64,000 bases of DNA from the human T2T-CHM13v2.0 reference genome, Homo sapiens. The number at the start of each line of letters is the position of its first letter. Positions within the stretch are counted from its first letter, which is position 1. The translations under genes and the position numbers were made by a program. A model generated the notes under the pieces. That model made no database searches. It had not been told where the DNA came from and saw only the letters and a program-made list of their open reading frames with translations. Shown here one piece after another: positions 29,693-48,187 of the stretch. Where the stretch lies: NCBI RefSeq assembly GCF_009914755.1, contig NC_060926.1; one strand, given 5' to 3'.

Positions 29693-30801
29693 TTGTGTCC
29701 GTATTCTTAGTCAAGAATGGTGTATATTTCTTTTAGGTTTGGGAAGGGGAGAGTGATGTATCTGGTCCCCATAGCAGGGGTAGGAATTTTCAAGGGTGGA
29801 GTAATTAAAGACTGCTTTAAAGGAACAGATATTCCCACCTTCTAATTAGAGAAGATCTGCACTGCAAGTGACCACAAATTAAAACAGCTCAGTGGGGACA
29901 GAAGATTGGATGTCATGTCCCAACAGCCTTATTTATCTCTTTTTCCTTCCAAGGTTTTTTTCCCTGCCCCCCCTTCTTAGCTTTGGATAGAGATTAGAAA
30001 AGCTCTCTGAGGAAAAAATTAACCAGCAAACAAACAAAACAGATCCCAAATATCATTTTAATACTATGTCTAGTTTGGTCCAAGAAATAGGCTTGGTTAA
30101 TCTTTACAGCAGCCTTTGAAAATGAATGGAAATACTAAGGAGGTAAACTGCTTATACTTTTTGGCACCTCTTCTGCTTCCAGTGAAGAAATGCTCTGTAG
30201 GTGCTTGAGGAACTGGTGTCGTGATGAATGTCACCATCAAAAGTGAAGGGTCGAGCTCTTTTTTTCTGATAAGCAAAATGACTTTTAATGTCTGTAGCAC
30301 ATTGATGTGCTATATCAGTTGTATACATTGTAGTCTGTTTTCTATATCCTCTTATTCAGAGGAGTAGCCACAACTCCAGTCTCTGGTGTAAAACAGCATG
30401 TTAGTATTTCATAGAATTTTTGAGAGAATGTTGGCTGGCTCTGTTTGTAAATACTGTACCTTGCTTTTTGGCTTCTGAAGAATAGTCTAAAGTTTACCGA
30501 GTGAAGCTGATTAAGCAAGGAAGCACCCTAAATAGATTTCCATTTGCACATCTTCAAAAAAGTGTGTGTGGGTATGTGCCTCTGTGTATATGGAAGTAAC
30601 AAATGCTTCTGGTATTTGCCTTTTAAAAGCAAGAAAACAAAACAAAACAACAGCTTCTACTGTTCTGCTTTGGGAAAGCAGGATTTTCTGTCAGATGACA
30701 AATTTATTGAAGAACTTTCATGCGTCCATGTAATTTCTATTTCCCATTTCTTGACTCTGAATTTGGAATACAACAAGACTGCTTTCAGAAATAAGGAATG
30801 A

Positions 30802-32950
<2,149 letters not shown>

Positions 32951-33113
32951 GTTAGCCAGGCGTGGTGGTGCAGGCCTGTAATCCTAGCTACTCAGGAGGC
33001 TGAGCTGGGAGAATTGCCTGAGCCTGGGAGGTGGAGGTTGTAATGAGCCAAGATTGCACCACTTGCACTCCAGCCTGGGTGACAGAGTAAGACCCTGTCT
33101 AAAAAAAAAAAAA
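32951..33113 (+). mobile_element. AluJ right arm (continuation of 30802)
   Basis: GTTAGCCAGGCGTGGTGG...GACCCTGTCT plus A tail. Confidence 0.92.
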
Positions 33114-33794
33114 GAAGGAACAAAGAGACATACCTAGGATCAGCAGGATGATCTCACAGAGGAATGGGGGGTCATCAAGATTGTGTATTCAGATAATGTT
33201 TGCTTCTGCTGTAAGTCCTCTACCTTTTTATCTTTTCACTTCCTTCTGTTTTGAATTTGGGGACCAGTCCAGGCTCCACAGCCTGGGCACAACACTGATA
33301 CCTGCCACTGGGAAGGGACGTAACCTTTCTTGTTTCGTTGGGGGGTGTATGTGCCGCTTCCATCCCTCTGTTGGTGTGTTGGAAAGTATGATGGGGTTTT
33401 AATAACAGCTTTTCAGCTATGCATTGGCATTTTTGTAAAGAATTCAGTGTTCAACAGTTGTACATACACACATTCTTATCAGGTGAAGAAGCATGAAGTT
33501 AACTAAAAGGAAAGGAGAAAACACACTGAAGAAACTGGTAAACGTTCGGTGGAACATATTCACTAGGATACCGCCTTTGTAGAAATGATCTTTCTCCTCC
33601 CCTTTTACTTTTATACAACAGAGAGGCAGAATACTCTGCCATGAGACTGATCCTCTCCTGCTTCCCAGTGCTGCTTTCAAGTCCCAGCTTGTGGTTGGGA
33701 ACACAATAGCTTAACCCCTGGAGTCTCAATGTCTCATCTGTAAAGTGGGACTCAGACAAAAGGCCAGAGGGGGTGAAACTTTAAGGTGCCTTTC

Positions 33795-33960
33795 TTCATT
33801 CAGCACATTATTGGGTACATACTGAATACTAGGCACTGCTGTTTCCATGTATTTAAAATGGAAAGAAATGCATGGCCTCTGCCTGACCTCATGGAGCAGA
33901 GAGAGAAGACAGGCATTAAGCAGACAACTCCTAAATCAGTGGTTACATGACATGTAAGTT
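33795..33960 (-). mobile_element. L2 3' fragment
   Basis: TTCATTCAGCACATTATTG...CTAGGCACTG...CTCTGCCTGACCTCATGGAGC. Confidence 0.6.
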
Positions 33961-35284
33961 AAGGAACTGTTAGGAGGTGCTGAAACTAAACTGGCTTTCA
34001 TTTAAAACCAGGTGAGTTGGTAGGGGCTCGACTACAGACACCTGTAGGTAGGGTAGACTGGGCATTCTATCTGCCTTCAAGGTATGAATCTTCGCTGTGG
34101 TCTGGACAGTGTGTCCCATTTACGTATACACTGGCATTGCTTTCTTTTATACTGTTTTGTTTCAGTTTGGTCCCAAAGGAGCCAGCACAGTGTTCATCAT
34201 TCATGGGGAGGTGTCAGCTGTCATTCTACTGTTTCCTTATCAATGTTTTACATTTTGGTTTTGAGCATTCTGATCCTCATAGAGCAGGTGACCTCTGTGT
34301 TTGTAGGGTGAGCCATGTGAACGTCCTCTGGGGCTGGTGGGGGAGAGCAGTGCTTTCCAAAGCTTAACGGTGTTTCAGTTCCCTATTTGTTTTTTGTTAT
34401 CTTTTTCTTCTGAACCTCCCTGTTTTTCCAGGGTTGTAAAGTGGATTAAAACTAATTTTATATTGAAATGGAAACTTTTATAACATGCCCAAGGGTAAAT
34501 GAAGTCACAACAAGGTAGTGAATGAAAGATTTCTTGAAAGTTGATGAAAATAAAGTAGCATGGGAATCACACTTGGTCATACAGTTTTAAATTCCTCAGG
34601 TTGTATTCACAGTGCACCAGCTTGTCTCTTACGGAGTGCTTAGTTTCTCAGCAGTTCATATTCTTGTATGAAGGGTGGCATTATCTCAATAGAATTGGTT
34701 CATTCTTAGCTCAGGAGAAAATGCCACTGCTTATATCCATCTGCATTTTCTCATATCCTTATTCATATAGTGCCTAGCCTATTTTCTGCCAATCATAGCT
34801 AAGCTCACCCTGTGTACCAGAAGTCACATAGTACTGGGAAGTTCCAGGGTAAAGGAGGGAAAGAAAGAGGATGACATTGATGGTGCACTCAGCTGGGCAC
34901 TGTGCTAGTGCTTTCACCTATGAGGATGAATTTGAGGTAATGCTATTCCCATTTAGCTGAAGAAAAAACCGAAGGCTTAGCAAGGTTAATTTACCTGTCT
35001 GTGGTCATAAATTGGAGGTACTGAGTTAGAATCCAAGCTTATTCCATAAAACTGCACCAGGAGTTTTACTGGCCGTGTCCACATTCCACATCATTATTGC
35101 TACTGGCCACTGTCCACGTCTGTGTATGAAACCGTGTCAGGCTCAGGAGACCTGTTTCTGTTTCTACTGGTGCCAGGCTCCGACTGTAGGGAGCATTGGC
35201 AGTTCACGCAGATAGTCATGGCATTCAAGGCAAAAGCAGACTGCAGGACAATGCCAGTTCTGTGTTTATTGCACAGTAAATGAT

Positions 35285-35520
35285 GACAGTAACAATAGCC
35301 AGCATTTATTGTGTGTTTTATTCACTCCAGGAGTTGTGGAGCATACTTGTACATGCAATATCTCATTTAATCTCTCAAATTAATGCTATAAAGCAGGCAC
35401 TGTTTTTATTTCCATTTTTTAGATGATGAAACTGAAGCTTAGAGGTATTTGTGCAGTTTGCCTGATGTATAGGTACAGAGCTACTAAGTAGCAGAGCTGT
35501 GATTTGACTTCCTTGCCAAG
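35285..35520 (-). mobile_element. MIR
   Basis: ATCTCATTTAATCTC...CCATTTTTAGATGATGAAACTGAAGCTTAGAG. Confidence 0.75.
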
Positions 35521-36462
35521 CTTAAATGCCTCCCCAGATTTGCCTTTGATTTAAAGAGTTAATCAGTTTCTACAGCTCACCCTCCCCACCTGCCCTTTTC
35601 CCTTGCCTACCCCATAACATGCATTTTCAAAGAAAATCTTTGTTTGAAATAGTTTTTGAAATGTGCCTTTGGCATTTTGAACATAAACATTCTCATTGTG
35701 CTGCTTGCAGGCAAGAGGCTGTGGAAATGCATTCCCTGGAGGATTTAGCAAAATAGGGTAGATATCCATCTTTTTTTGTTGAGGTTCTGGACTCTGAAAA
35801 ATCAAGTCAGTGGCATTCTAAGATCTCATCTAGCTATGATTTATGAAACACAGTGAGATATGGATTTCAGCAAGTATGGGAACCACTTTTAGCATTTTAT
35901 GAATTACCTTTCAGACATTTTTGTCCGCAAGTATACAGTTTTTTTTTTTTTTCCTTAGCCCAGCAAAAACCTTTCCAGGCTTTAGTCTGGAAGACAGTCT
36001 GTTTGTCTCAAGGAGTGTTCATTATAGAAACTACCAAGGGATTTTGGTGACTGTTTTGGATTTAACCAGTAATGCACTTTTAGGAAAGTACCTCAGTCTT
36101 TGGTGGCTTGAAGAGTTAAACTACCTTGGTGTAAATGGCTCTTTCAGGTTGACTGTCTCTGTGGGGTTTGCAGGAACCACTAAAGTTCAACACCCACCAT
36201 GGCCCTTGTCCAGAAGGGTGGACAGCTAGCGCCTGGGGTCTTTATTATTAGTAGTGGCTATTTCCAGTTAAAGGAAGAGAAGGGGATGATTGACAAGCCG
36301 AATATGGCATTTGGTTTTCTTTCTTTCTGTTAACTGCAAAGGCTCAATCAAATAATGACATTGCTTTTGTTTTTCAGTGTTAGACACTAGTTAATATTAA
36401 TCTAGCCCTGTCTGCATCTTATATTATATGTGAATGTGAAATGCCTTCAAGGGGAGAGATAA

Positions 36463-36944
<482 letters not shown>

Positions 36945-38189
36945 TAAGTTTTCATCAAGCAGAGTTAATTCAAACACAGCCTTGGGAATATGCCCAGAGA
37001 ATGTAAGGTGGCTTACTGGCTGTCAATAAAAGAAATGCCAACTCCTCAGTCCTCAGCAGCTCCATGTTGGAGCGAGAAAGGCTTTTTTTGCTTTATGAGT
37101 TGTTAGGAGAGAAAGCCCTGGAATGGAAGGCAGGCAAGTGTGAAGATGAGGGGAAGGAAGGAGTCCAGAATATTGTTAGTCATGGCCACAAAAACCCAGT
37201 GAGTTGTATGAGGTCTCACAATGGTGAAGTAACATGATATGATGAAATGTAAATATTTGTTTTTATTTATTTATGCCTTGCTCCAGAAATAATTTAAGGT
37301 CTATATGGGCAGCTGCTTCATTTATATTAGCTAGGAAAAGTTATAGGAATTCACTTTGTTTGCTAGATTTGGTAATCACTAATGACTGAGAATGACAGTG
37401 TTTGTCAAATACTTAAAAAAAAAATTAGTTTGTTGTTTTGATGCCCCCTCCTCGCTTTTTTTTTTTTCTTTCTTCCCTTGAAAGCAGAGTGAAAAATTTT
37501 TGTATTCTGGGCTAAAATTCTTAAAGGTTTTCTTGTGGACTTCCTAGTAAAGGCCCTTTGTCTGTTATGCAGAGTCCGAATTCACATGACCACTGCTGGG
37601 GAATAAATAACTGCTTAAATACAGCAAAGGAAAAGGCTGGCTGGTCTTCTTGCTCCTTTCATACTTGTTTATTTCCCACCCCGAGTTCCTGACCCCAAGA
37701 GAAACTCTTGTGGAAGAAAAAAGCTTTACTGAAATTGGTGGGCGGCCTGAGACAACTGTTGAAGGAACAGAAACTCCAGAAAGTGATACTCTGAGTATCA
37801 TCTTACATCTTTATGTCTGACAGATGAAAAGTTTTTGGTCTCTTTATGTCTGTCTGTCTGTCCCTCTCTCCTCCCTGCTAGCTGCACACTCTTTTCTTCT
37901 TCTTTCTTTATTTTTGCATTAATCCGCTCTCCCTCTGCTCCTCATCTGCCTCTTAAGTTTCTCCATTTAACAGAGTAGATTGTTGTGAACTCGAAATCAA
38001 TAGCTGATTTAGGCCTACCCCTTGCCTTGTTACATGGACTTGTCTTGGACAGAGTACTTTGTGCAAACAGGTACTTGTATTTACTGCCTGTCTTTTCTTT
38101 CACTAGGTGACGTTAGTAGGTGCACATCTGTCTATAGTAGCTGTTACTGTGTTTTGATGCATGCGGGGAAACTTTATTTATAGTATGAG

Positions 38190-38511
38190 TTCTTTTTCTT
38201 TTTTTTTTTTTTTTTTTTTTTTTTTGAGACAGCGTCTTGCCCTGTCGCCCAGGCTGGAGTGCAGTGGTGCGATGTCGGCTCACTGCAAGCTCCGCCTCCC
38301 AGGTTTACACCATTCTCCCGCCTCAGCCTCCTGAGTAGATGGGACTGCAGGCAACCGCCACCACGTCTGGCTAATTTAGTTTTTGTATTTTTAGTAGAGA
38401 TGGGGTTTTACTGTGCTAGCCAGGATGGTCTGGATCTCCTGACCTCGTGATCCGCCTGCCTCGGCCTCCCAAAGTGCTGGGATTAACAGGCGTGAGCCAC
38501 TGTGCCCGGCT
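38190..38511 (-). mobile_element. AluY-like with long T tract, no TSD seen
   Basis: CAAGCTCCGCCTCC, ACACCATTCTC, TAGCCAGGATGGTC. Confidence 0.94.
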
Positions 38512-38816
38512 GACACCTTGATCTTAATGAAGTCATAGGATCCAAGTGCTGCTGTCAGACCCTCCTGCAAAATTTTACTGTGGGTGCTAATACAAATTGA
38601 ATTAAGCCAAGAGGGAATCTGGAAGCTGAGTAGATGCCATCTACTCCAGCCCGTTTCCTATTTTGCAGCTAGGACTATCAGTGCCTGCTCGGTAGTAGTT
38701 GAAAAATACTGTTGACATATTATGGAAGGTCAGAGGTGCATACAGGTCATTAGTGACAGGACTGGAATCTGACCTGTGTCCTCTGGGGTCTGGTTCATCT
38801 TTACTACAGGTATGTC

Positions 38817-39133
38817 TTTTCTGTTGTTGTTTCTTATTTTTGAGACAGCTTCACTTTGTTGCTTATGCTGGAGTGCTGTGGCTTGATCACAGCTCGCTAC
38901 AGCTTGGACCTCCTGGGTTCAGGTGATCCTCCCACCTCAGCTTCCTGAGTAGCTGGGACTGCAGGCGCGCATCACCATGCCCAGCTAATTTTTGTATTTT
39001 TTTTTTTTTTTTTTGTAGAAACAGGGTCTCAACATGTTGTCCAGGGTGGTCATGAACTCCTGGGCTCAAGTGATCTGCCTGGCTCAGCCTCCCAAAGTGC
39101 TAGGATTATAGGCGTGAGCTGCTGCACCAAGCC
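38817..39133 (-). mobile_element. AluJ
   Basis: GATCACAGCTC...GATCCTCCCACCTCAG...CTCCTGGGCTCAAGTGATC. Confidence 0.92.
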
Positions 39134-39833
39134 ATTACAGGGGTATTTTATTAGCAAAATGACCTCCATCACTTATAAATAAATTACTCTGCTATGAAAA
39201 GGTTTCACCTGAGTATTTATTGGGAGTTGTGTTTGGGAAAGATCTTTAACACCGTTATTGATTCTTCATTTAACTTCATGCAGAGCACAGTGGTACAGGG
39301 TTTGTTGGACTTCTAAGGTCTCATTCACCTCTTGAGATGGCTTCACAACTATCTGTGTGTACCTTTGGAGTAAGGGATAAGAAGGAGGGGGATGTCTTTC
39401 ATGTGGGAGGCTTGGGGCATAAAGAGCCTTGGGACTTTGTTTTATACAATTACAATGTCATCAGAAACTCATTGAAATAATTATAGTTTGACAGATGCTT
39501 TTTGGAATAATGATATGTTAATACTTTTATGTAATTCTCTGTTAGTAATTCCAGATTACTTGTTACAGGTTTTAGAAATAGCATATATAATCTGTATTTC
39601 TGCATTTATCTCTTTTTCTACAAAATTTGAGAACACCTTCCTAGCAAATCATTGGTAAATACTATAAGTGAATAGACTAGATCTACAGAAAACCAGTCAA
39701 ATCTGTAGCTCACAAATGGTAGAAGTCAAGACCTGAACCCAGATCACATTTTAAAAAATAAATCAGATATACAGTAATAATGACAGATTACTTAATACAG
39801 ACTCAATAGATACATAAAATTTTAAAAATAACA

Positions 39834-40453
<620 letters not shown>

Positions 40454-40638
40454 TTGTCTGTCTTATAGTAATGAACATAGTCACAGAACCCTCTATTCTT
40501 GGAAGATGACAGAGCAAAAGTATCTGAAATTTGTGGTTACAGTAGCTGTTTTACATTTTTTATGTGAGAAGAGATGCTACAGAAGGATTTAAGGACACAT
40601 CGTGAGCGTTGTGTTACTCTCTGTTTGGCAGTATAGTA

Positions 40639-40875
40639 TAGTTCACCTTTGAACAACATGGATTTGAACTGTGTGGGTCCACTTAGATATACTCGGATGT
40701 TTTTCAGCCAAATGCATATTGAAAATATATGCAGGATGTGAAACCTGTGTATAAGGAGGAGCAATTTTTCCTATAGGCAAGTTCCACAGAGCATCTGTGG
40801 GAATTGACTAAGTGCGGATTTGGTTATACTTGGGGGTCTTGGAACCATTCCCCAGAGTCTACCGAGGGAGGACTG
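40639..40875. mobile_element. MER2B/Tigger2-like MITE
   Basis: CCTTTGAACAACATGGATTTGAACTGTGTGGGTCCACTTA...TGGAACCATTCCCC...ACCGAGGGAGGACTG. Confidence 0.8.
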
Positions 40876-41118
40876 TGTATGAAATTTAGGCTTCCCAGCT
40901 GTGTCCTTTGATAACCATAACCCTGACTGATCCCGTAGCTTTCCTTTTAGGAGGAACTACGTGGTCTAAAGAAAGGAAAGAAAATATGAGAAATTTGGCA
41001 AAGGTCAGGAATATAGGCATTAGAAATAATCACACTCACATCCCAGGTGGCACACTTTCTTGGAGTTAAAATGAAAGTGATCTCTTATGGATGTTCGCCA
41101 CTATAAAGAAGGGTTGCT

Positions 41119-41455
<337 letters not shown>

Positions 41456-41702
41456 TCAGTAGACTATAAGGGGTCATTCAATTAGGTTAGGCTTTTCTCT
41501 CTGTGAACAAAGTTTGCTTCCTTTGCTTTCCTTGGTCATTTTTCTCCTAGAAAGAGCTCTTATCTGTTTTCTTTTAAGGAGTCTTTCATGACACCATCTC
41601 CTTGGCATTTCCTCTGAGTTGGCGGTCCTGAATTTCCCAGCCATGAGGAAGGGTTTGTTTGTGAAGGGGAGCTGTAACATCAGTGAAATGAGCTTTTTCT
41701 TT

Positions 41703-42231
41703 CCCTTTTCTTTTCCCTTTGCCATTTCCCTTTCCCTTTCCCTCTCCCCTCCCCTCCCCTCTCCTCCCCTCTCCCCTCCCCTCCCCATTCCCCTCCCCTC
41801 CCCATTCCCCTCCCCTCCCCTCTCCCCTCCCCATTCCCCTCCTCTCTCCCCTCCCCATTCACCTCCCCATTCCCCTTCCCTCCCCTCCCCATTCCCCTTC
41901 CCTCCCCTCCCCATTCCCCTCCCACTCCCCCCTCCCCTCCCCCTCCCCATTCCCCTCCCACTCCGCTCCCCATTCCCCTCCACCTCCCCTCCCCTCCCCA
42001 TTCCCCTCCACCTCCCCTCCCCATTCCCCTCCCCCTCCTTTCCCCTCCCCATTCCCCTCCCCCTCCCCTCCCCATTCCTCTCCCCTCCCCTTTACCATCC
42101 CCTTCCCCCCTCCCCCTTTTCTCTCCCCCACCTCCCCTTCCCCCATCCTCTCCCCCTCCCTTCTCCCTTCCCTTCCCTCCCCTTCCCATCCCCCTTCCCT
42201 TCCCTTTTCCCTTTCCATCCGTCTCCTCTGT
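41703..42231. repeat. Polypyrimidine array of CCCCT/CCCCATT-like units
   Basis: ~530 bp almost entirely C/T on the + strand. Confidence 0.97.
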
Positions 42232-42515
42232 CTTGACAGGGTCTCACTTTGTCAGCCAGGCTGAAGTGCAATGGCACAGTCTCACCTCACTGCAGCTTGT
42301 GACTCCTGGGCCCAAGTGATTCTCCTACCTCGGCCTCCTGAGTTGCTGGGAATACAGGTGCACGCCACCACACCTGGCTAATTTTTTGTATTTTTTTGTA
42401 GAGATGGGGTTTCACTATGTTGGCCAGGCTGGTCCTGAACTCCTGACCTCAGGTGATTTTCTGGCCTTGGCCTCCCAAAGTGTTGGGATCACAGGCATGA
42501 GCCACTGTGTCAGCC
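42232..42515 (-). mobile_element. AluJ-like (Jb) body whose tail is the polypyrimidine array
   Basis: GACAGGGTCTCACTTTGTC...GAGCCACTGTGTCAGCC; TSD AGCTTTTTCTTT at 41691-41702 and 42516-42527. Confidence 0.92.
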
Positions 42516-42579
42516 AGCTTTTTCTTTTTCTTTTTTTTTAGATTTAGACAATATTTTAAGTTTCCAAAATATTTTTATA

Positions 42580-42947
<368 letters not shown>

Positions 42948-43088
42948 CTATTTTGGTTCTTAAAGTGGCTCCCATACACATTGAGACTTTTGTATTTGAA
43001 GTAGATAAGATGTTCTTCTATTTAAAAAATAAAGTTTGGAGAGGCAGAGGTAAAATACTCTCTGTTAGAATAATATAAGAAAATTGTT

Positions 43089-43382
<294 letters not shown>

Positions 43383-43889
43383 TTAAAGTGGAATGTTTAA
43401 CATGTTGGCAATTTAGATAAAAAAGACTAGATTGAATCCAAAGAACCAACTTAAAAAAATGTGGAATTATACTTCTTCCTAGAACAGAATGTCAAGGCTA
43501 TAATAATCGCAGTTTTAAAGTGAAACATTTGTGTTTTGTGAAGTTGCTATAGAAGTTAAAGATACTATCATTGTAATGTGATTTTCTTTTCTTTTGGTTT
43601 TGGTATAAATGAAGTATTTCATATTTAAAATTATGTAAATTAAAGTTTTGAGGTTTGCTGTTATTAGATGTATTTTTTCTTAAAAAAATTTTTTTTTATG
43701 ATAGTGTAGATTGTTTAGCTAATGTTGCTTGATCTTTTCCAGTGAATTGTGTGAGGTTTTGCTTGGGCCCAGTCATCTAGCATACATCAGTTTGGTGTGT
43801 TTTGTGTGTCTGGCATCACACTAGGTCCTGGGGATATATAGAGAGGAGAGTCCTTGCCTTCAGGATTCTCTCACTTTACAGGCAGGTAA

Positions 43890-44239
<350 letters not shown>

Positions 44240-44319
44240 TAATCCCTATCCTGCCCCATCTGCCACCCTCACCGAGCTACATTCAGCGCTGGTGCTGAGT
44301 CAGGGCAGACATAATTGGA

Positions 44320-44525
44320 GAACAGTGGGTTAGGCTGTGTGATTGTGTAGACCTGGGTGGACTGAGATAGGTCTGTAAGCTTGGGCAACTCACGTAACCC
44401 CTCTCAGTCCATTTCCCTGTCTGAAAAAATAGAACCGGGAGTCTATTCCAAGTAGGGTTGTTTTCAGGATTAGAAGGTATATGGGTGGAAAGTGAATTGA
44501 CTTTTAGTTAAGCATTCAGTAGGTG
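44320..44525 (+). mobile_element. MIR
   Basis: CTTGGGCAA...AACCCCTCTCAGTCCATTTCCCTGTCTGAAAAA...TAGGGTTGTT. Confidence 0.6.
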
Positions 44526-47429
44526 GTGTTTCTGTGATCTTGGTGATGACCTCTGGCATCAGAAATTGTGTATCCCACATTTAAAGGCACCTCATTTAAA
44601 ATGTCTGGAAGAAATCCTCAGTAAGAGAATATGGAGTCTGGCAAATTGCCACACCTAGGTAAGATGCTTAATCGACCCTTAATCTTCGCTGTGGTGACAA
44701 ATCCATGCCTGGCATAGGTAGCCCAGTTGGTCTTGTCCCCTGCATCCTTGTCCCCCTGGGCAGTGAAGATTTTTCCTTGCAGTGACTTGAATTCCTGGGA
44801 TTTGGAACACCAGAGGAGTTTTCAAAGGAGGCCATTCTGAATAGAAGCTCTGTCCGGTCCAGGCCCTCATACTCCCATTCAACCCTGAGTACAGAAGTAC
44901 TTTTGATACCATCTGCTGAGTTGTCAGCTCTTGTAGAGGTAAAACGGCTAAGTGGCACAGGGGAAGATTATTAAGGGCATGGCCATCTAAATGGGAGCTC
45001 TTTAACAAAAGTCTGGCAGTAAATGGAATTTCCTCATTCTAAATTGCTGTGAAGAAACCCCCCAAGCATGTGTTGCACAAAGCTGTACTGTTGTCTCACT
45101 GGGGCTAGCAGAGGGCTGTGAAGCTCTCTCTGACTTGATAAAATCCCTCCTCCTAGGCTTTTCAGTGCTTGGCTCTCCCTGTGTGGGTGTAATTGGAACT
45201 GGGAGAGGAAAGGATTATGGAAAGCAATAGTCTGCTTTCTGCTAGTTTCCAGCAGCTGTTTTGGGCTGGTGGGGGCTGGGGTGTTATGTGTGTGGTGGTG
45301 AATTTGAGTGGCCGCCATTTGTGGAAATGTGACAACATGTCATCAACTGATAGGTAGCTAGACCTGAGGAATGTGAGGCCAGAAGATTCTAGCTGCAAAG
45401 GGCCCCAGCTCTGCAGCCCCAGATGCAGGGTCAGACCTCTGCTCTACTGCTCCTAGCCCCTGCTGTGACCTCGGGCAATGCACCTGGGTGGGGTAGGATG
45501 TGTAAGTCCACTCTGTCATTAGCACAGTCTTCCAGGAAAGAATCCTGTGAGACAGAAGAATCCGGTGAGACTGAGAGACACAAGAAGGAGAAGTTGTGTA
45601 GCACTTATACTTACCTACCACACCAGCCAGTGGATAAAGGCGCTGTTCTCAGGGTTGCTGTAGAGCTAGACAGGAGTTAGTTCATGACAGAATCACATTG
45701 CAAAGAGAAAGAAAACACAGTTAAGTTATTAATATATACCCACTTTACAAGTCGTGACCAGGTCAGATGACTTTGGATACAGTATATACATATCATTTTC
45801 TTTTGAGCTTTATCTTGATGATTGTGATTTTTCTAGGGTTTTGGTGGCCAAGTTATTGGGCTTATAAGTTTTAAATTAATTTTTTATTGATTAAAGAATT
45901 AACCAGAGTTGTTATGCAAATGTCCACAAATGTGCACAAGTCCTCCTTGCATCTTCTAGCAAAAGGAAGTGTGAGTGAAGCAACAATTTCCAGAAGGTTT
46001 TAAATATGCCAGGAGTGCTGGCACAGAAGGCCCTGGCATTCATGGACTCTAGACTTAATAGAAGCTCAGGGAGATGAACTAACTTGAAGAGTGTCTTACC
46101 ACAATCTCTATGAGAAACAAAGGTGAGGAATTCATAGAATTCTGATCTGAATGTTGCTGTGAAATACAGTTATTTTGTAATTTCGGAAATGCCTTTAACT
46201 TAAAAAGCTCTCTCCAGGTGCATTTACAACATAATCTGACTTAAAAAAAAATCAGTGTTTCATCACAAGGCTGTGGCTGGAGAGGGGGCTGGAGAGGACC
46301 CTGAGAGGTCAGGGTGCATGCAGTGTGGCTGTATGATTTTGCCTGAGAAATAGGAATGTATGATGGCATTGTGTCACATTTTTTCATCTTTGTCACGTGG
46401 GGCTATAGTGACACAACTGTATTTACAGGGAAGTCTGTGGGTTTGGTGTTCCCTAAGGAGGGTTTATTTAACATACTTACAACATTGTTTACTCAGATAA
46501 GGAAACACCGAGATGCTAAAAAAATGATTGTGCATGTATGTATGTGATATGCGTAAGGGTCTAGCTTCCTTTTATAAAATATGAGTGTCAAACATATGTA
46601 GCATTGCACTGTAATGTCATACGTAAAGTTCTTTCTGAAAAATTATACCCAAATTGAACCTTGCTGTTAAATTCATAGTTCATTTTGTTAGAAAGGCCAT
46701 TATACTGAGTGAAAAATGACTTGGAATTTAACCTTAGTTTTGACACTGTGTTCCTGGCTGAATCTTTGCCTTGAGCTCAAATTCCCATTGGTAAAATTAA
46801 GTTGAGAACATTCTCATTCTGCCTACCTCTTTGAGGTTGATTTATGATGATCCAGTGTGTGAATATATTAATATGTGCAAGGACATGTTTGAAAAGTATG
46901 TAATGACTTAGGAGATGGTATGCCATATGTATTGCATTTTAAACCTTTATTTTAATGATACCTAAGGAATTAGTTGTAGGGATAGTTTTGCATTGTTATT
47001 AATCATCTAATAATTGTGTCTGCTTTTAAAGCTCTTAGATTTCTGTAAAGCAGATTATACTTGAATTAATATAAGCCCTGCACCTTCTTGCCACTCATAA
47101 CCTAGAGTAATATAACCAAGACCCTGACCTCTTTGATATTTTGGCTCATCTCCTTCTTTTTGTGAATATTTCCCTTTTCTCCTGCATTCTCTCTTGTTTA
47201 TAAACATATCCCTTGAAATCCTAGATGCTTTTAAGTGAAATAATCTCAGATTAAAATATTTATTTCACTATTTAAGTGATGAAATTTATGAGCATTATTA
47301 GTTGGACAAACTAACATTATGTAATTCCCTTGCAATACTGTAGGTAATATACCATTATCAGATGGTCCAAAAAATGTTCATCAGAATTTAAGTAAGCAAG
47401 GTAAACTTGAGGATAAAGGAACAAATTAA

Positions 47430-48187
<758 letters not shown>

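Noticed and set aside
41474-42277. Long Pro/Ser-rich and Gly/Glu/Arg-rich ORFs (up to 205 aa) on both strands
   Set aside because: Translations of the stop-poor CCCCT array; no coding context
44668-45680. Cluster of overlapping 78-109 aa ORFs
   Set aside because: No recognisable domain or exon structure; expected in moderately GC-rich non-coding DNA
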